A DNA stretch of 64,000 bases from Methanocaldococcus indicus (GTDB taxonomy: Archaea; AGJL01; Methanococci; Methanococcales; Methanocaldococcaceae): positions 352,001-416,000 of the forward strand of contig NZ_CP186926.1 of the NCBI RefSeq assembly GCF_049554935.1, written 5' to 3'. Shown here piece after piece: positions 12,097 through 23,305 of the stretch; the stretch's first letter is position 1, and each line of letters begins with the position of its first letter. The notes below the pieces were generated by a model, which made no database searches, was not told the origin of the DNA, and was given only the letters and a program-made list of their open reading frames with translations. A program made the position numbers and the translations under genes.

Positions 12097-13152
12097 TTAC
12101 CTTTTAAATAGTAAAATTATTGACAATATAATAGTTATAGACACATATAAAACTACATAGATAACAAACCAAACAAAAGCTTCTTTTCCCAATAGGTAGT
12201 TGCATCCAACAATAATAAGCTCTCTTGTTATAAAAATACAAATAAAATAAAATAAATGTTCTTTAAATATACTAATTAAACTCTCATTAGAGTGTAGAAT
12301 TTTATCAATAAACTTACCAATAACTAATGTTATTAATCCCAAAGTTAATGGATTCACAAAATTTAATAAGAACATTGCTACATATTCATTTAGTTTTAAA
12401 CTTGTCTGAACTTGACTGTATGCATAGATAACTCCAACAATGAATATAAAAACTGATACTGATAATGATATAGGGTATATCTTACCAAGCATTAGTTGTT
12501 CATCTTTAATTTTCTCTTTTATTAGTTTTCTAACTCCAGCTCCCTCTGCTAATATATACAATCCTAACAAACCAACAACAATTCTCCAACCTATATCTGC
12601 AAATATAGCATATAATAGCAATGAAAAACCAATGAATGTTAAAATAAGAGGTATATATTCTTCCATTGTCTTTTTTAGGAACTCCTGAATTAAGTAGTAG
12701 GTTGATTCTAATGTCTCACTTTGTTTAACAACTATCCTCTTTTTCCATACTACTATATCCTTTCCTTCAATATACTTTATAACCATCTCATCCTCTTTTC
12801 CATCTGAGACTAAATATATAAAATCTGGATTATATAAGTATATTAAAAAATCAATTTGTTTTTTTATTTTTAATGCACATTCCTCAGATTCCACATTCTT
12901 ATCCCCAGAAATTAAAGCAATTTGTACATTTTCATACTTTGATTTTAGTTCATCATATAACTTTACTCCTCCTAAAATAGAATTTACATCACTATCTCCA
13001 GGGTCTGCTAATCCAAGTTTTATAGCAGCTTTTATATTATCCTCTCTCCCTAAAATAGGTGTTGATAATCCTGCTTTTCTTCCAATATCATCATCTAAAT
13101 CCACAATTAAAACTAAATAATTATCTATATTCATAGTATCATATTGTCTCAT
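12097..13152 (-). CDS. DUF373-family membrane protein
   Basis: VDLDDDIGRKAG...LADPGDSDVN...VSDGKEDE...VVKQS, TM C-terminal half. Confidence 0.85.
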   Translation of the reverse strand: MRQYDTMNIDNYLVLIVDLDDDIGRKAGLSTPILGREDNIKAAIKLGLADPGDSDVNSILGGVKLYDELKSKYENVQIALISGDKNVESEECALKIKKQIDFLIYLYNPDFIYLVSDGKEDEMVIKYIEGKDIVVWKKRIVVKQSETLESTYYLIQEFLKKTMEEYIPLILTFIGFSLLLYAIFADIGWRIVVGLLGLYILAEGAGVRKLIKEKIKDEQLMLGKIYPISLSVSVFIFIVGVIYAYSQVQTSLKLNEYVAMFLLNFVNPLTLGLITLVIGKFIDKILHSNESLISIFKEHLFYFICIFITRELIIVGCNYLLGKEAFVWFVIYVVLYVSITIILSIILLFKR

Positions 13153-13948
13153 AAACTTTTTTTAAAAGTTGAGCATCCCTCTCTAATAATGGGCTTTCAC
13201 ATATTATAGTCCCTTCAACATTAAAATCTTTTAAGGCTTTTAATACATCTTTATAGTTAAAATTAGATAACTCTAAAGGTAAATGTCTAATCTCCCCTTT
13301 TTTTCCATATTCTACTCCTGAAAGGTGGATATGCATATTCTTAATAGATTCTTTCCCTAAAATATTCTCTATTTTTTCCAAAATTTTATAAAACTCATCA
13401 TAGTTGTTAATCTTTCCCAAACTTCTTGCATAGATATGATGAAAATCTACACATGGGAAAAGATTTAAATCATAACATAAATTTAAAATTTCATCTAAAT
13501 CTCCAAATATATTTATTTTCCCAGTATTTTCAGGTCTTAAATTTATATCAATATTTAAAATACTTAAAGTATTTATAACCTCTTTTAAGTTTTCTTTTAT
13601 ATTATTATAAGTTTCTCTTTTACTTTTATTTAGATAATATCCACAATGGAAAACTAAATTTTTTCCTAAATGTCTTAATACTTTTGCAGATTTTATAATT
13701 CTTTTTTTACTTCTTTCCAATTTTTCTAAATCATTTGCATTTAAATTAATATAGTGTGGTGCATGAGCAGAGAAAATAATCTCATCATTAGCATATTTTT
13801 TTAGCATTTTTGCATAATCTTCACTCATATATACTCCATGTATAAACTCTAATTCTAAGGCATTCAAATCTAAACTTTTTAAATATTTTATCCTTTCAAA
13901 TTCATTCTTTTTAGAGGTCCCAGCAGAACCAAAGTTCATTATTTCCAC
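13139..13948 (-). CDS. nfo: Endonuclease IV-like TIM-barrel nuclease
   Basis: HAPHYINLN, RPENTGK, DFHH, HIHLSG, ICESP. Confidence 0.8.
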   Translation of the reverse strand: MEIMNFGSAGTSKKNEFERIKYLKSLDLNALELEFIHGVYMSEDYAKMLKKYANDEIIFSAHAPHYINLNANDLEKLERSKKRIIKSAKVLRHLGKNLVFHCGYYLNKSKRETYNNIKENLKEVINTLSILNIDINLRPENTGKINIFGDLDEILNLCYDLNLFPCVDFHHIYARSLGKINNYDEFYKILEKIENILGKESIKNMHIHLSGVEYGKKGEIRHLPLELSNFNYKDVLKALKDFNVEGTIICESPLLERDAQLLKKVYETI

Positions 13949-15285
13949 TCAAAATTTAATAATGATGATGCAAAATAAGGATTAGCTACACAATGCTGAT
14001 GCATATATCCTGCTAAAACATTTCCTTTAAAGATACCATCATATTGATTAACTATCCCTCTACCTCTCAAAATTTTTAATGAAAAATTATTCTCTTTTAT
14101 ATTTATTAATTTAGAATAGTGAAATTCATGTCCTTTAATAATTTTACCTTTTTTACCTAAACAACAATCTTTTAAGATTTTTGCTTTCACATAACTCAAT
14201 CCTTGGACATTTTTTGTCATTGTAGATGAACAATTTAACAATCCTACCATCTCAGTATTATCTATTTTTTTTGTTAAATACATTAAGCCACCACATTCAG
14301 CATATATTAATCCATCAAATTCTTTCAAAAAATTTATCATATCCTTATTTTTTGACAATTCTTCTTTAAATATTTCTGGATATCCCCCTCCTATGTAGAT
14401 AATATCTGCATCTACTTCTTTATCTTCCAATGGGCTAAAAAACTTTATTTTAGCCTTATTTTCTTTTAAGGCATCAAAATTTATATGATAATAAAAATTA
14501 AATGCTTTATCATAAGCAACAGCTACTTTTTTCTTATTCTCATTTATCTCCCACAATGGAACTTCGTCTATCTCCTCATAGTCTTCATCAGCTATCTCTA
14601 CAATTTTATCTAAATCTAAATACTTCTCTATTAATTTTCCCCATCTATCTATCTCTTCTTTCCTATTTTTTTCATCAGTTGGAACTAAACCTAAATGTCT
14701 CCCTTCAACTTTAAAATTTTCATCTCTTGGAATAAATCCTATAATTTCAATATCTGGGAGATAGTAATTCATGGCTTCCTTTAACTTTTTTATATGCTTT
14801 TCTCCTCTGACAAAATTGAAGATAACTCCTTTTATATTTACATTTCCAAAACTAATAAATCCTTTAATTGTAGCTATTGCACTTCTTGTTATTGACTTTG
14901 CATTTACAATTAAAATAACTGGACAACTTAAAGCTTTGGCAATACTTTCAGAACTCCCAACACTATCAATTGGAGATATTCCTTCATATAAACCTCTAAC
15001 ACCTTCAATAATTGATATATATTTATTTTTAGAATATCTCTGAAAAACAGTTTTTATTTGCTCTTCACTCATAAAAAATGAATCTAAATTTATAGAAGGG
15101 TTGTTAGTTGCTATCTTGTGATAACTTGGGTCTATATAATCAGGTCCTACTTTGTAACCTTGAACATTGTATTTTTTAGATAAAGCTTTCATTATTCCTG
15201 TTGTAATAACAGTCTTTCCAACCTCACTTGATACACCAGATATAAGAACTCTCTTCATACTTTCACTTAAATCCATCTTCTCCAA
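13939..15285 (-). CDS. cfbB: Cobyrinate / Ni-sirohydrochlorin a,c-diamide synthase (CbiA/CfbB)
   Basis: GKT P-loop, [34 protein letters not shown]; CbiA versus CfbB cannot be separated from motifs alone. Confidence 0.82.
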   Translation of the reverse strand: MEKMDLSESMKRVLISGVSSEVGKTVITTGIMKALSKKYNVQGYKVGPDYIDPSYHKIATNNPSINLDSFFMSEEQIKTVFQRYSKNKYISIIEGVRGLYEGISPIDSVGSSESIAKALSCPVILIVNAKSITRSAIATIKGFISFGNVNIKGVIFNFVRGEKHIKKLKEAMNYYLPDIEIIGFIPRDENFKVEGRHLGLVPTDEKNRKEEIDRWGKLIEKYLDLDKIVEIADEDYEEIDEVPLWEINENKKKVAVAYDKAFNFYYHINFDALKENKAKIKFFSPLEDKEVDADIIYIGGGYPEIFKEELSKNKDMINFLKEFDGLIYAECGGLMYLTKKIDNTEMVGLLNCSSTMTKNVQGLSYVKAKILKDCCLGKKGKIIKGHEFHYSKLINIKENNFSLKILRGRGIVNQYDGIFKGNVLAGYMHQHCVANPYFASSLLNFEWK

Positions 15286-15901
15286 TCAATGGAACAAAAG
15301 AGACAGGACAAACTTTTTTTATCTCTACTCTATCTCCTTTTTTCTCAGCAACTATAAGCTCTTGTAAGTATCTACCAATAGGCATAACTAACTTTCCACC
15401 ATCTTTTAACTGCTCAATTAATGCCTTTGGAATTTTTGGACCAGCAGCAGTTACATATATCCTATCATAGGGAGCATATTCTTTGCATCCTAATGTTCCA
15501 TCACCAACTAAAACAATAACATTATCATATCCTAACTTTTTTAAAACTTTCTTAGCCCTTTCAGCCAATTCTGGAATTCTTTCTATACTAACAACTAATC
15601 CATCCTTACCAACTATTTCAGCAACAACTGCTGCATGATAACCAGAGCCAGTACCTATTTCTAAAACTTTCATTCCTGGTTTTAAATCTAACAATTCAGT
15701 CATTAATCCTACCATATGAATAGCTGAGATAGTTTGTCCATAACCAATTTCTAATGGAGTATCTACATAAGCATACTTCTTTAAATGCTCTGGAACAAAC
15801 TCCTCTCTTGGAACTTTTAATAAAGCTTCAATAACTTTTTTATCTTTTATATATCCCTCTCTAATAAGTTTTTCAATAACCCTCTTCTTTTCATCTTCCA
15901 T
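15263..15901 (-). CDS. pcm: Protein-L-isoaspartate O-methyltransferase
   Basis: [28 protein letters not shown]. Confidence 0.95.
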   Translation of the reverse strand: MEDEKKRVIEKLIREGYIKDKKVIEALLKVPREEFVPEHLKKYAYVDTPLEIGYGQTISAIHMVGLMTELLDLKPGMKVLEIGTGSGYHAAVVAEIVGKDGLVVSIERIPELAERAKKVLKKLGYDNVIVLVGDGTLGCKEYAPYDRIYVTAAGPKIPKALIEQLKDGGKLVMPIGRYLQELIVAEKKGDRVEIKKVCPVSFVPLIGEDGFK

Positions 15902-16679
15902 AATTTAAGACCTCTAATATATTTTTGTAACCTTCCTCAGGAGTTATAACTCTCCCTCTAACTTCCCTTAAAATTCTTTGTATTGTAAATTTATAACTCT
16001 TGTTCTTTGTATGATAATCTTCTAACATCTTACAACCATATTTTTTATCTACATTTATATTAAAATTTTTTAGAATTTCTCTTTCTTCATTTTTAGTTAA
16101 AGCAAAAAAAGAGTTTATGTTAAATCTAAATAAATTATTATCTATCTTATATAAACTTTGATTACCAAATGCTAATAAATCTCCAAATATAATAAAATTA
16201 GCATTTACACTTTTGGCATAGTTAATAACTGTATTCTCTATTAGTTTATGACATCTACCACATGGATGATATCTATTTAAAAGAGCTTCTTTATATATAT
16301 CTTCTAAATCAATATCAATAAATTTAACTTTAACATTTAATTTTTTTCCAATCTCTTTTATTTCATTTTTATCATTTATTACAGGAGAGTAGCAGGAAAC
16401 CACATCTATATCAAATAGATATTTTGATATTAAAACAGATAAAGAACTATCTATTCCTCCACTAAAAGCTACAACACATTTGTACTCTTTATCATAATCT
16501 ATTTTAAAAAAATCTAAACTAAAATTTTTTCTTTTTTTAATCATTTCTTTTAAAGATTTTATAAAGTTATGTTTAAGTATATTAATGTATTTGTTTATTA
16601 CTCTTTCTGAATTCTCTAATCTTAGTTTTATTAGTTTTTTTGTTAATATCTCTTCAATCATAATTATAATAAACCCCAT
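15891..16679 (-). CDS. PP-loop superfamily ATPase
   Basis: [19 protein letters not shown]. Confidence 0.75.
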   Translation of the reverse strand: MGFIIIMIEEILTKKLIKLRLENSERVINKYINILKHNFIKSLKEMIKKRKNFSLDFFKIDYDKEYKCVVAFSGGIDSSLSVLISKYLFDIDVVSCYSPVINDKNEIKEIGKKLNVKVKFIDIDLEDIYKEALLNRYHPCGRCHKLIENTVINYAKSVNANFIIFGDLLAFGNQSLYKIDNNLFRFNINSFFALTKNEEREILKNFNINVDKKYGCKMLEDYHTKNKSYKFTIQRILREVRGRVITPEEGYKNILEVLNYGR

Positions 16680-16790
16680 GGTGATATATAAATAATTTAT
16701 TACTTTTTATTACTTTAATATCATAAGTAGCCCAAAGCTATAAAATTAAGTATTATATTTATATACAACAATTTAATTGGTGAATAAACT

Positions 16791-17969
16791 ATGGATTTTT
16801 TATATACAGACAGTTGGAAAGCTCCATGTCCTTATAACCCAAAATTAGATTTAAAGGACATAATTATTTATGATACAACATTAAGAGATGGAGAACAAAC
16901 ACCTGGAGTTTGTTTCACAAAAGAACAAAAATTAGAAATTGCAAGAAAATTGGATGAATTGGGAATTCCTCAGATAGAGGCAGGATTTCCAAGAGTTTCA
17001 AAAAGAGAAGCTGAGATAGTGAAAGCTATAGCTAATGAAGGTTTAAATGCTGTTATATTAGCATTATGTAGGACTAAAAAGGAGGATATTGATATAGCTA
17101 TTGATTGTGATGTAGATGGAATTATTACATTTATAGCTACATCTCCTCTACACTTAAAGTATAAGTTTAACAAATCTTTGGATGAGATTTTAGAAATTGC
17201 TATTAAAGCTGTTGAGTATGCAAAAGACCATGGATTATTTGTTGCTTTTTCAGCAGAAGATGCTACAAGAACTCCAATAGAAGATTTAATTAAAGTTCAT
17301 AAGAAGGCTGAAGAAGCTAAGGCAGATAGAGTTCATATTGCAGATACAACAGGAGTAGCAACACCACAATCTATGGAGTTTATTGTTAAAAATTTAAAAG
17401 AAAATTTAACCTCTGCTTATATTGGAGTGCATTGTCATAATGACTTTAATTTAGCTTTAATAAATTCAATATATGGCTTAATATCTGGAGCAAAAGCTGT
17501 TTCTACAACAGTTAATGGGATTGGTGAAAGAGCTGGAAATACAGCTTTAGAAGAATTGATAATGGCTTTAACAGTTTTATATGATGTAGATTTAAAATTA
17601 AATTTAGAAGTTCTTCCAGAGTTATGTAAGATGGTTGAAGAATACTCTGGAATAAAAGTTCCAAAAAATAAACCAATAGTTGGAGAACTTGTATTCTCAC
17701 ATGAAAGTGGAATACATGTAGATGCTGTTATAAAAAATCCATTGACTTATGAACCATTTCTTCCAGAAAAAATTGGATTAAAGAGAAATATTATTTTAGG
17801 GAAACATTCAGGGAAAAATGCTATAAGATATAAATTAGAGTTAATGGGCATAAAAGTAGATGAAGATAAATTAAATAAGATAGTTGAAAAGGTTAAAGAG
17901 CTTAGAGAAAGTGGAATAATTATTGATGATAAAAAATTTTTAGAGATTGTTAATAACATTTTAAAATAA
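16791..17969 (+). CDS. aksA: Homocitrate synthase (coenzyme B pathway), LeuA family
   Basis: DTTLRDGEQ, HCHND, HESGIH; no LeuA regulatory domain; N-terminal PYNP extension. Confidence 0.85.
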   Translation: MDFLYTDSWKAPCPYNPKLDLKDIIIYDTTLRDGEQTPGVCFTKEQKLEIARKLDELGIPQIEAGFPRVSKREAEIVKAIANEGLNAVILALCRTKKEDIDIAIDCDVDGIITFIATSPLHLKYKFNKSLDEILEIAIKAVEYAKDHGLFVAFSAEDATRTPIEDLIKVHKKAEEAKADRVHIADTTGVATPQSMEFIVKNLKENLTSAYIGVHCHNDFNLALINSIYGLISGAKAVSTTVNGIGERAGNTALEELIMALTVLYDVDLKLNLEVLPELCKMVEEYSGIKVPKNKPIVGELVFSHESGIHVDAVIKNPLTYEPFLPEKIGLKRNIILGKHSGKNAIRYKLELMGIKVDEDKLNKIVEKVKELRESGIIIDDKKFLEIVNNILK

Positions 17970-17982
17970 TTTTGGTGAGATA

Positions 17983-18357
17983 ATAAAAGTATTAGCAATA
18001 GATATATCTGGAAGACATCACCATGAAGGAAAATTTTTTAGAGTTTATGCAGGAGTTTTAGTTGAGATATTGGCTGATAGAATTGTTCATGTTGAAAAAA
18101 TAGATATCTTAGTAAAAGAAAGTAAAAGTCAGAAGTTAAGAGATATTGTCAATGAGATGAAAGAACTTATCAGCAAATTTGAAGATTTTGATTATATTCT
18201 ATGTGAAAAAGGAGAATTTTTTAATATTGACAATGAAATGCTATATTCAATATTCAAGAAAAAAGTTATATTCCCAAAAACAAGAGGGGAAAAAGAGGCA
18301 ATAAATATAGCTCATCATGTTTCATATTCATTTAGAAAATATTTAATTGGTAGATAA
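17983..18357 (+). CDS. DUF2209-like protein, probably ATA-initiated
   Basis: Frame of ORF 18070..18357 is open upstream as IKVLAIDISGRHH; GGTGA RBS at 17974-17978 then ATA at 17983. Confidence 0.7.
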   Translation: MKVLAIDISGRHHHEGKFFRVYAGVLVEILADRIVHVEKIDILVKESKSQKLRDIVNEMKELISKFEDFDYILCEKGEFFNIDNEMLYSIFKKKVIFPKTRGEKEAINIAHHVSYSFRKYLIGR

Positions 18358-18360
18358 ATT

Positions 18361-19386
18361 ATGAAAGTAACAGTATATGGAGCAGGAAATCAGGAGTTAT
18401 ATATAAATAAATTAAAATTACCAGAGAGATTTGGAGGGGAGCCACCTTATGGAGGGGCAAGGATTGCGATGGATTTAGCTAATGCTGGGCATGATATTGT
18501 TTTATGTGAAGTAAATAAAAATGTTATGAGTGAGGAACTGTGGAAAAAAGTTGATGATGCAGGGGTTAAAGTAGTCAATGATGACTTAGAAGGAGCTAAA
18601 CATGGAGAAGTGCATATTCTCTTTACTCCATTTGGAAAACATACAATAAAACTTGCAAAAAATATTATTGAGCATCTCCCTGAAAATGCTGTTATTTGTA
18701 ATACTTGCACTGTATCTCCAATAGTGCTATATCTTAATTTAGAGTCTTTATTAAGATTAAAAAGGAAAGATATTGGAATTTCTTCATTCCATCCTGCAGC
18801 TGTTCCTGGAACTCCACAACATAAACATTATGTTATCTCAACATCAACACTAAATAACAAACAGTTGGCAACAGATGAACAAATAAATAAATTAAAAGAA
18901 TTGGCAGAGAGTTGTGGAAAAAAACCTTATTTAGTTCCAGCAGATGTAAGCCCTATATTTGCAGATATGGGCGTTTTAGTTACAGCAGTTGCTTTAATTG
19001 GTATTTTGGATTACTACACAGTTGGTAGAAAAGTTATAAAAGCTCCTAAGAAGATGATTGAAAAGCAAATAGTAATGAGTTTGGAAACATTAGCAGCATT
19101 AATTGAGACATCAGGGATAGAAGGTCTATTAAAAGTTTTTGATAAGGAATTGGTTATTAAAAGTGCTGAATCAATGGTTTTATTAGATGAACAAACTGAC
19201 ATAAAATTAGCTATTGAACTGTTAGAGAAAATAGATGGAGATTTAGATAAACTAAAAGAAAAAGGAACAATAAACCCAACAATTCCTGTAAGCTCCCAAC
19301 TATTGATAAATGAGATTATTTCAATTTTGGGAGAAAAAGCTGCTGAAGGTGCAATAAAAAGAGCTATGAAGGGGTTATATGAGTAA
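18361..19386 (+). CDS. H2-forming methylene-H4MPT dehydrogenase-related protein (HmdII/III paralogue)
   Basis: VYGAGNQ.LY, GGEPPYGG, LFTPFG, NTCT, HPAAVPGTP. Confidence 0.88.
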   Translation: MKVTVYGAGNQELYINKLKLPERFGGEPPYGGARIAMDLANAGHDIVLCEVNKNVMSEELWKKVDDAGVKVVNDDLEGAKHGEVHILFTPFGKHTIKLAKNIIEHLPENAVICNTCTVSPIVLYLNLESLLRLKRKDIGISSFHPAAVPGTPQHKHYVISTSTLNNKQLATDEQINKLKELAESCGKKPYLVPADVSPIFADMGVLVTAVALIGILDYYTVGRKVIKAPKKMIEKQIVMSLETLAALIETSGIEGLLKVFDKELVIKSAESMVLLDEQTDIKLAIELLEKIDGDLDKLKEKGTINPTIPVSSQLLINEIISILGEKAAEGAIKRAMKGLYE

Positions 19387-19756
19387 AATAAAAGTTAAAG
19401 ATGTTATGAACAAAGATTTTATAGTTTTTTCTCCTAATGATATTGGAGGAGAAGTTGTAAATTATTTATATAGAGAAAGGAAATCTTATGCTCCTGTTGT
19501 TGAAGACAATAAATTAGTTGGCTGGATAACTGCATTGGATTTATTAGCTGGATGTAAGCACTCAAAGTTAGAAGATTTAATGCTATTAATTGATGAAATT
19601 AAGATTTTAAATGAAAATGATGAGCTAACTGATGAATTAATTGATGAAATGATAAAAAATGAAGTTGTAGCTTATCCTGTAGTTAATGATAATGATGAAG
19701 TTGTTGGGACTTTATCAGTCTTTGATATTATAAAGTATCTAAAAAATAAGGAATAA
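19379..19756 (+). CDS. CBS-domain protein
   Basis: VKDVM...PVV...LVG.IT and PVV...VVG.LS pair. Confidence 0.85.
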   Translation: MSKIKVKDVMNKDFIVFSPNDIGGEVVNYLYRERKSYAPVVEDNKLVGWITALDLLAGCKHSKLEDLMLLIDEIKILNENDELTDELIDEMIKNEVVAYPVVNDNDEVVGTLSVFDIIKYLKNKE

Positions 19757-19888
19757 TTTTACTATTTTTTTTAGATTTTCGTAAAGATAAATTTTTAATT
19801 TTAAATTATAGTTATAAAGACTATTACTAAGTTTTGTTTTTTATTTTAAAACACTGGTCATATATTTAAATTTATTTTGGTGATTATT

Positions 19889-20458
19889 ATGAAAGTATCT
19901 ATAAATATATCATCCAAGAAAGATTATGAAATATACAAAACACTATTTGTTGAAGATAAAAAAGAGATTCCTAATGATAAATATCTTATAGATGATGCCT
20001 TAAAATATCTAAGAAAATATTATGATAAAAACAAAATGCAATTTAGAAGAAAAAGGAAAAAGAGAGCAACAATTCCTGTTGAGTTATTTAAAATATTTGT
20101 CTTAACAACATACAACAAGCTAAAAAACTGTGGTTCTGAGATAACACTGTATGATTTAGGTTATGAATTTGGAAAATCCTTAGATATAAAAACATTTAGA
20201 GAATTAAAAAAATTTTTCTCAGTAAATAATTTAGGTAAAGTTAAAATAATAAAAAGAAAACCATTAACTATTAAAATAGAAGAATGTGCATTTTGTGAAG
20301 ATATTGAAAAAGATGAACCAATATGTTACTTTGATGCAGGTTTATTAGCAGGAATTATAGAAAATATTTTAAATAAGAAGGTAGTTGTAGATGAAGTTAA
20401 ATGTATGGCACAGGGTTATGATGGCTGTTATTTTGAAGTTGAAGAAATAAAGGAATAA
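19889..20458 (+). CDS. V4R-domain protein
   Basis: ECAFC...PICYFDAG...EVKCMAQG...CYFEV. Confidence 0.85.
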   Translation: MKVSINISSKKDYEIYKTLFVEDKKEIPNDKYLIDDALKYLRKYYDKNKMQFRRKRKKRATIPVELFKIFVLTTYNKLKNCGSEITLYDLGYEFGKSLDIKTFRELKKFFSVNNLGKVKIIKRKPLTIKIEECAFCEDIEKDEPICYFDAGLLAGIIENILNKKVVVDEVKCMAQGYDGCYFEVEEIKE

Positions 20459-20460
20459 TT

Positions 20461-21075
20461 ATGATTGAGGAATTGGAAAAAAAATTGAAGCCATTAGGTG
20501 AAGTTAGTTTAATAGGTTGTGGAAGGTTAGGAGTTAGAGTAGCTTTTGATTTATTGGAAGTGCATAGAGGAGGAGTAAAAAAACTTTATATTTTTGACTC
20601 AGCTAAGATAGATGAGAATGACATTATTCATAGAAAATTAGGGGGAAAAGTTGGAGAATATAAGGTAGATTTTGCTAAAAGATTTTTTAATGAGAGAGTT
20701 GAAGCATATAGAGTAGATATAAATGAAGATAATTTAAATTTAATTAAGGGAAATGTAGCTATTATTTGCATAGCTGGTGGAGACACATTAAAGATAACAA
20801 AAAAGATAGTTGAATATTGCTTTAATAACAATATAAAACCTATTGGAACTAATGGAGTTTTTGGTATTGAAGAGAATGTTAAAGTTTCTGATGCAAAATA
20901 TACAAGAGGTCCAGCTAAGTTGCTAAATTTAGATAAAGAAGGTTTTACTGTTGTGGGAACAGAGAGATTTATAAAAGATTTTTTACCAATAACTCCATAC
21001 ACATTAGATGAAATGGCAAAAAAGATAGTTTTAGAGACATTAAAAGTTATTTATGGTAAATATGGATATGTCTAA
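20461..21075 (+). CDS. hcgE: ThiF/UBA-type adenylyltransferase, probable FeGP-cofactor protein HcgE
   Basis: IGCGRLG.R, HRGG, CIAGGD, TNGVFG; lies near an Hmd paralogue. Confidence 0.65.
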   Translation: MIEELEKKLKPLGEVSLIGCGRLGVRVAFDLLEVHRGGVKKLYIFDSAKIDENDIIHRKLGGKVGEYKVDFAKRFFNERVEAYRVDINEDNLNLIKGNVAIICIAGGDTLKITKKIVEYCFNNNIKPIGTNGVFGIEENVKVSDAKYTRGPAKLLNLDKEGFTVVGTERFIKDFLPITPYTLDEMAKKIVLETLKVIYGKYGYV

Positions 21076-22051
21076 TTAAATTCTTATGTATATATATCTT
21101 AAATAAATTTTTTAGCTCTAAATCTAACTTAACAAATCTGTTGTATGCAAAAACAAAGTAGCCATCATCTTTTAGAACATCAATTAAAATGTTTAAAATC
21201 TTTTCAATCTCTCCTTTTTTAGCAGTTGATATACCATAAGGAGGGTCTGTGATAATAGCATCTACCTTGTCAATTCCCAAGTTATTTAAAAACTCTTTTA
21301 TATTTTTTGAATCTAAGCACTCTACTTTTATAACTCTATCTAATAAATTATATTCCTCTAAGTTTATCAAAGTCCCTTTTGCCATTCTCCAATCTATATC
21401 TACTCCAATTAATTTAGCTCCTAATAATCCTGCCTCTATTAAAAATCCTCCTGTCCCACAAAATGGGTCTAAAACAATATCTCCCTCTTTTACTCTTGCT
21501 AAATTTACCATAGCCCTTGCTAACTTTGGCAGAATACATCCTGGATGGAAGAATTTTCTTAAATGAGGTCTATTTTTTTTAAAATATTCTCTGTCTCTTT
21601 GAGCTATAACCTTTCCTAAAATAATTCTATTTCTTAAAAAAACTACTTTTATTAAATTATCTGGATTGCTTAAATTTACTTTTGCATTTGTTTTCTCTTT
21701 AATTATTCTTCCCACTTCTCTCTCAACATCTAAGCTATTTATGTCTTTACAGTATTCCTTATCTAATTTTAGAGTTCTAACTGCAAATGAACCATTTATT
21801 TGAAAATTTAAATTATTTATGTTGTTATAAAATTCATTCAAATTTAAGTTATTGTGGATATATAGAATTTCATGGCTTTCATCTATGTATCCAGCTCTAT
21901 CAACTATCTCTTTTCCATAACTTTCTTTTGTTATTACATATCTTCCTAACCTATGTATTGAATTTTTATAATTATACAATTCTAAAAGTGCTTTTAACTC
22001 TTCATAAGGTAAAGATTTATGCTCACCACTTAGCTTATAACCTACTCTCAT
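21047..22051 (-). CDS. trm11: tRNA (guanine-10-N2) methyltransferase, THUMP + MTase
   Basis: LSGEH, DPFCGTGG, TDPPYG. Confidence 0.87.
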   Translation of the reverse strand: MRVGYKLSGEHKSLPYEELKALLELYNYKNSIHRLGRYVITKESYGKEIVDRAGYIDESHEILYIHNNLNLNEFYNNINNLNFQINGSFAVRTLKLDKEYCKDINSLDVEREVGRIIKEKTNAKVNLSNPDNLIKVVFLRNRIILGKVIAQRDREYFKKNRPHLRKFFHPGCILPKLARAMVNLARVKEGDIVLDPFCGTGGFLIEAGLLGAKLIGVDIDWRMAKGTLINLEEYNLLDRVIKVECLDSKNIKEFLNNLGIDKVDAIITDPPYGISTAKKGEIEKILNILIDVLKDDGYFVFAYNRFVKLDLELKNLFKIYIHKNLIRHIHIYHK

Positions 22052-22055
22052 TTTA

Positions 22056-23207
22056 TCACTTAAAAAATAGAAATTTCAACAAGTTAAATCCAAATTTGTT
22101 TTTTAAATAATCAAAAACATGAGATGTAATTTTTGCCTGTTCTTCAATATCTCCATATTTATTTATATAATCAATAATTTCACTATCTTTTAACTTATTA
22201 AAAATTTTATCTAATGTTTTATTATCTAATCTATATATTATCTTCCTCAACCATAAACCTTTTTTTATATCATCTCCAAAAACTCTCTTCCATTCTCTAT
22301 CATAATTTTTTAAATTTTCTTCTCCATTTAAATAATCTGTTATTATATTTCCAGCAATTTTTCCAGCTAATGTTGAGTAGTATATACCTCCTCCACTTAG
22401 TGGTTTTACATGACATGCAGCATCTCCAACTAATAATAAATTATCTCTGACAGACCTATTTATATATCCTATTGGTAAAGCCCCAGAAGAGAACTCAATT
22501 GGTGTAGCTTTTTTAAGTATATCTTTTGCTACTGGATGATTCTCTATAAAATTAATTAAATTGTTGTGTGCATTTCCTTTGGATAATAATCCTACTCTAA
22601 CTCTATCCTTTCCCATTGGGATAATCCAAATAAAAAAATTTTCTGTATATTTCTTATCAAAGAATATATAGACAAAGTCATCATCAACAGATACATTTAC
22701 AAATTCAAATTGACAGCTTGATAGAATTTCTCTATCTTTATTTTTTATTAAATTAGCTTTTTTTCCTATTGTTGATTTAACTCCATCAGCTCCAACTACA
22801 ACCTTTGGTTTAAAGGTATATTCTTCATCAAAGTGTTTAACTTTAACAATATAATTATTTTTTTCTCTCTCAACTGTTGCATAAGCTTTTAAAAGATAAT
22901 CACATTTTTTAGCAGTTTTTATAGCAATATCTTTATCCATTACTTTCCTTTCATATACATGTGCTTTAATCTCTTTACTCTCAATTTCTAACATACTATT
23001 TTTTGAATATATATAAGCTCCTCTAACCTTATTAACCAATCCTTTTGGAAAATCTAATTCCTTAGCTGCTCTAACACTAATAATTCCTGCACATTGTAGA
23101 GGAGTTCCAATAGATTTATGCTCCTCAACAATTAACACATTTCCCTTAATAAATCTCCCAGTTATTGAGCCAGCAATTCCCCCACCAATAATAACAACAT
23201 CATACAA
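22056..23207 (-). CDS. Geranylgeranyl reductase-family FAD oxidoreductase
   Basis: GGGIAG, GADG, VGDAA...KPLSGGGI. Confidence 0.85.
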   Translation of the reverse strand: MYDVVIIGGGIAGSITGRFIKGNVLIVEEHKSIGTPLQCAGIISVRAAKELDFPKGLVNKVRGAYIYSKNSMLEIESKEIKAHVYERKVMDKDIAIKTAKKCDYLLKAYATVEREKNNYIVKVKHFDEEYTFKPKVVVGADGVKSTIGKKANLIKNKDREILSSCQFEFVNVSVDDDFVYIFFDKKYTENFFIWIIPMGKDRVRVGLLSKGNAHNNLINFIENHPVAKDILKKATPIEFSSGALPIGYINRSVRDNLLLVGDAACHVKPLSGGGIYYSTLAGKIAGNIITDYLNGEENLKNYDREWKRVFGDDIKKGLWLRKIIYRLDNKTLDKIFNKLKDSEIIDYINKYGDIEEQAKITSHVFDYLKNKFGFNLLKFLFFK

Positions 23208-23305
23208 ATCTTCTCACCAAAAATTTAATATTACAAAGCTAATATATTATAGAACAGAATATAAATATTCTGAAAAATCTATTTCTGATAATTTAAATGG
23301 TGAGA

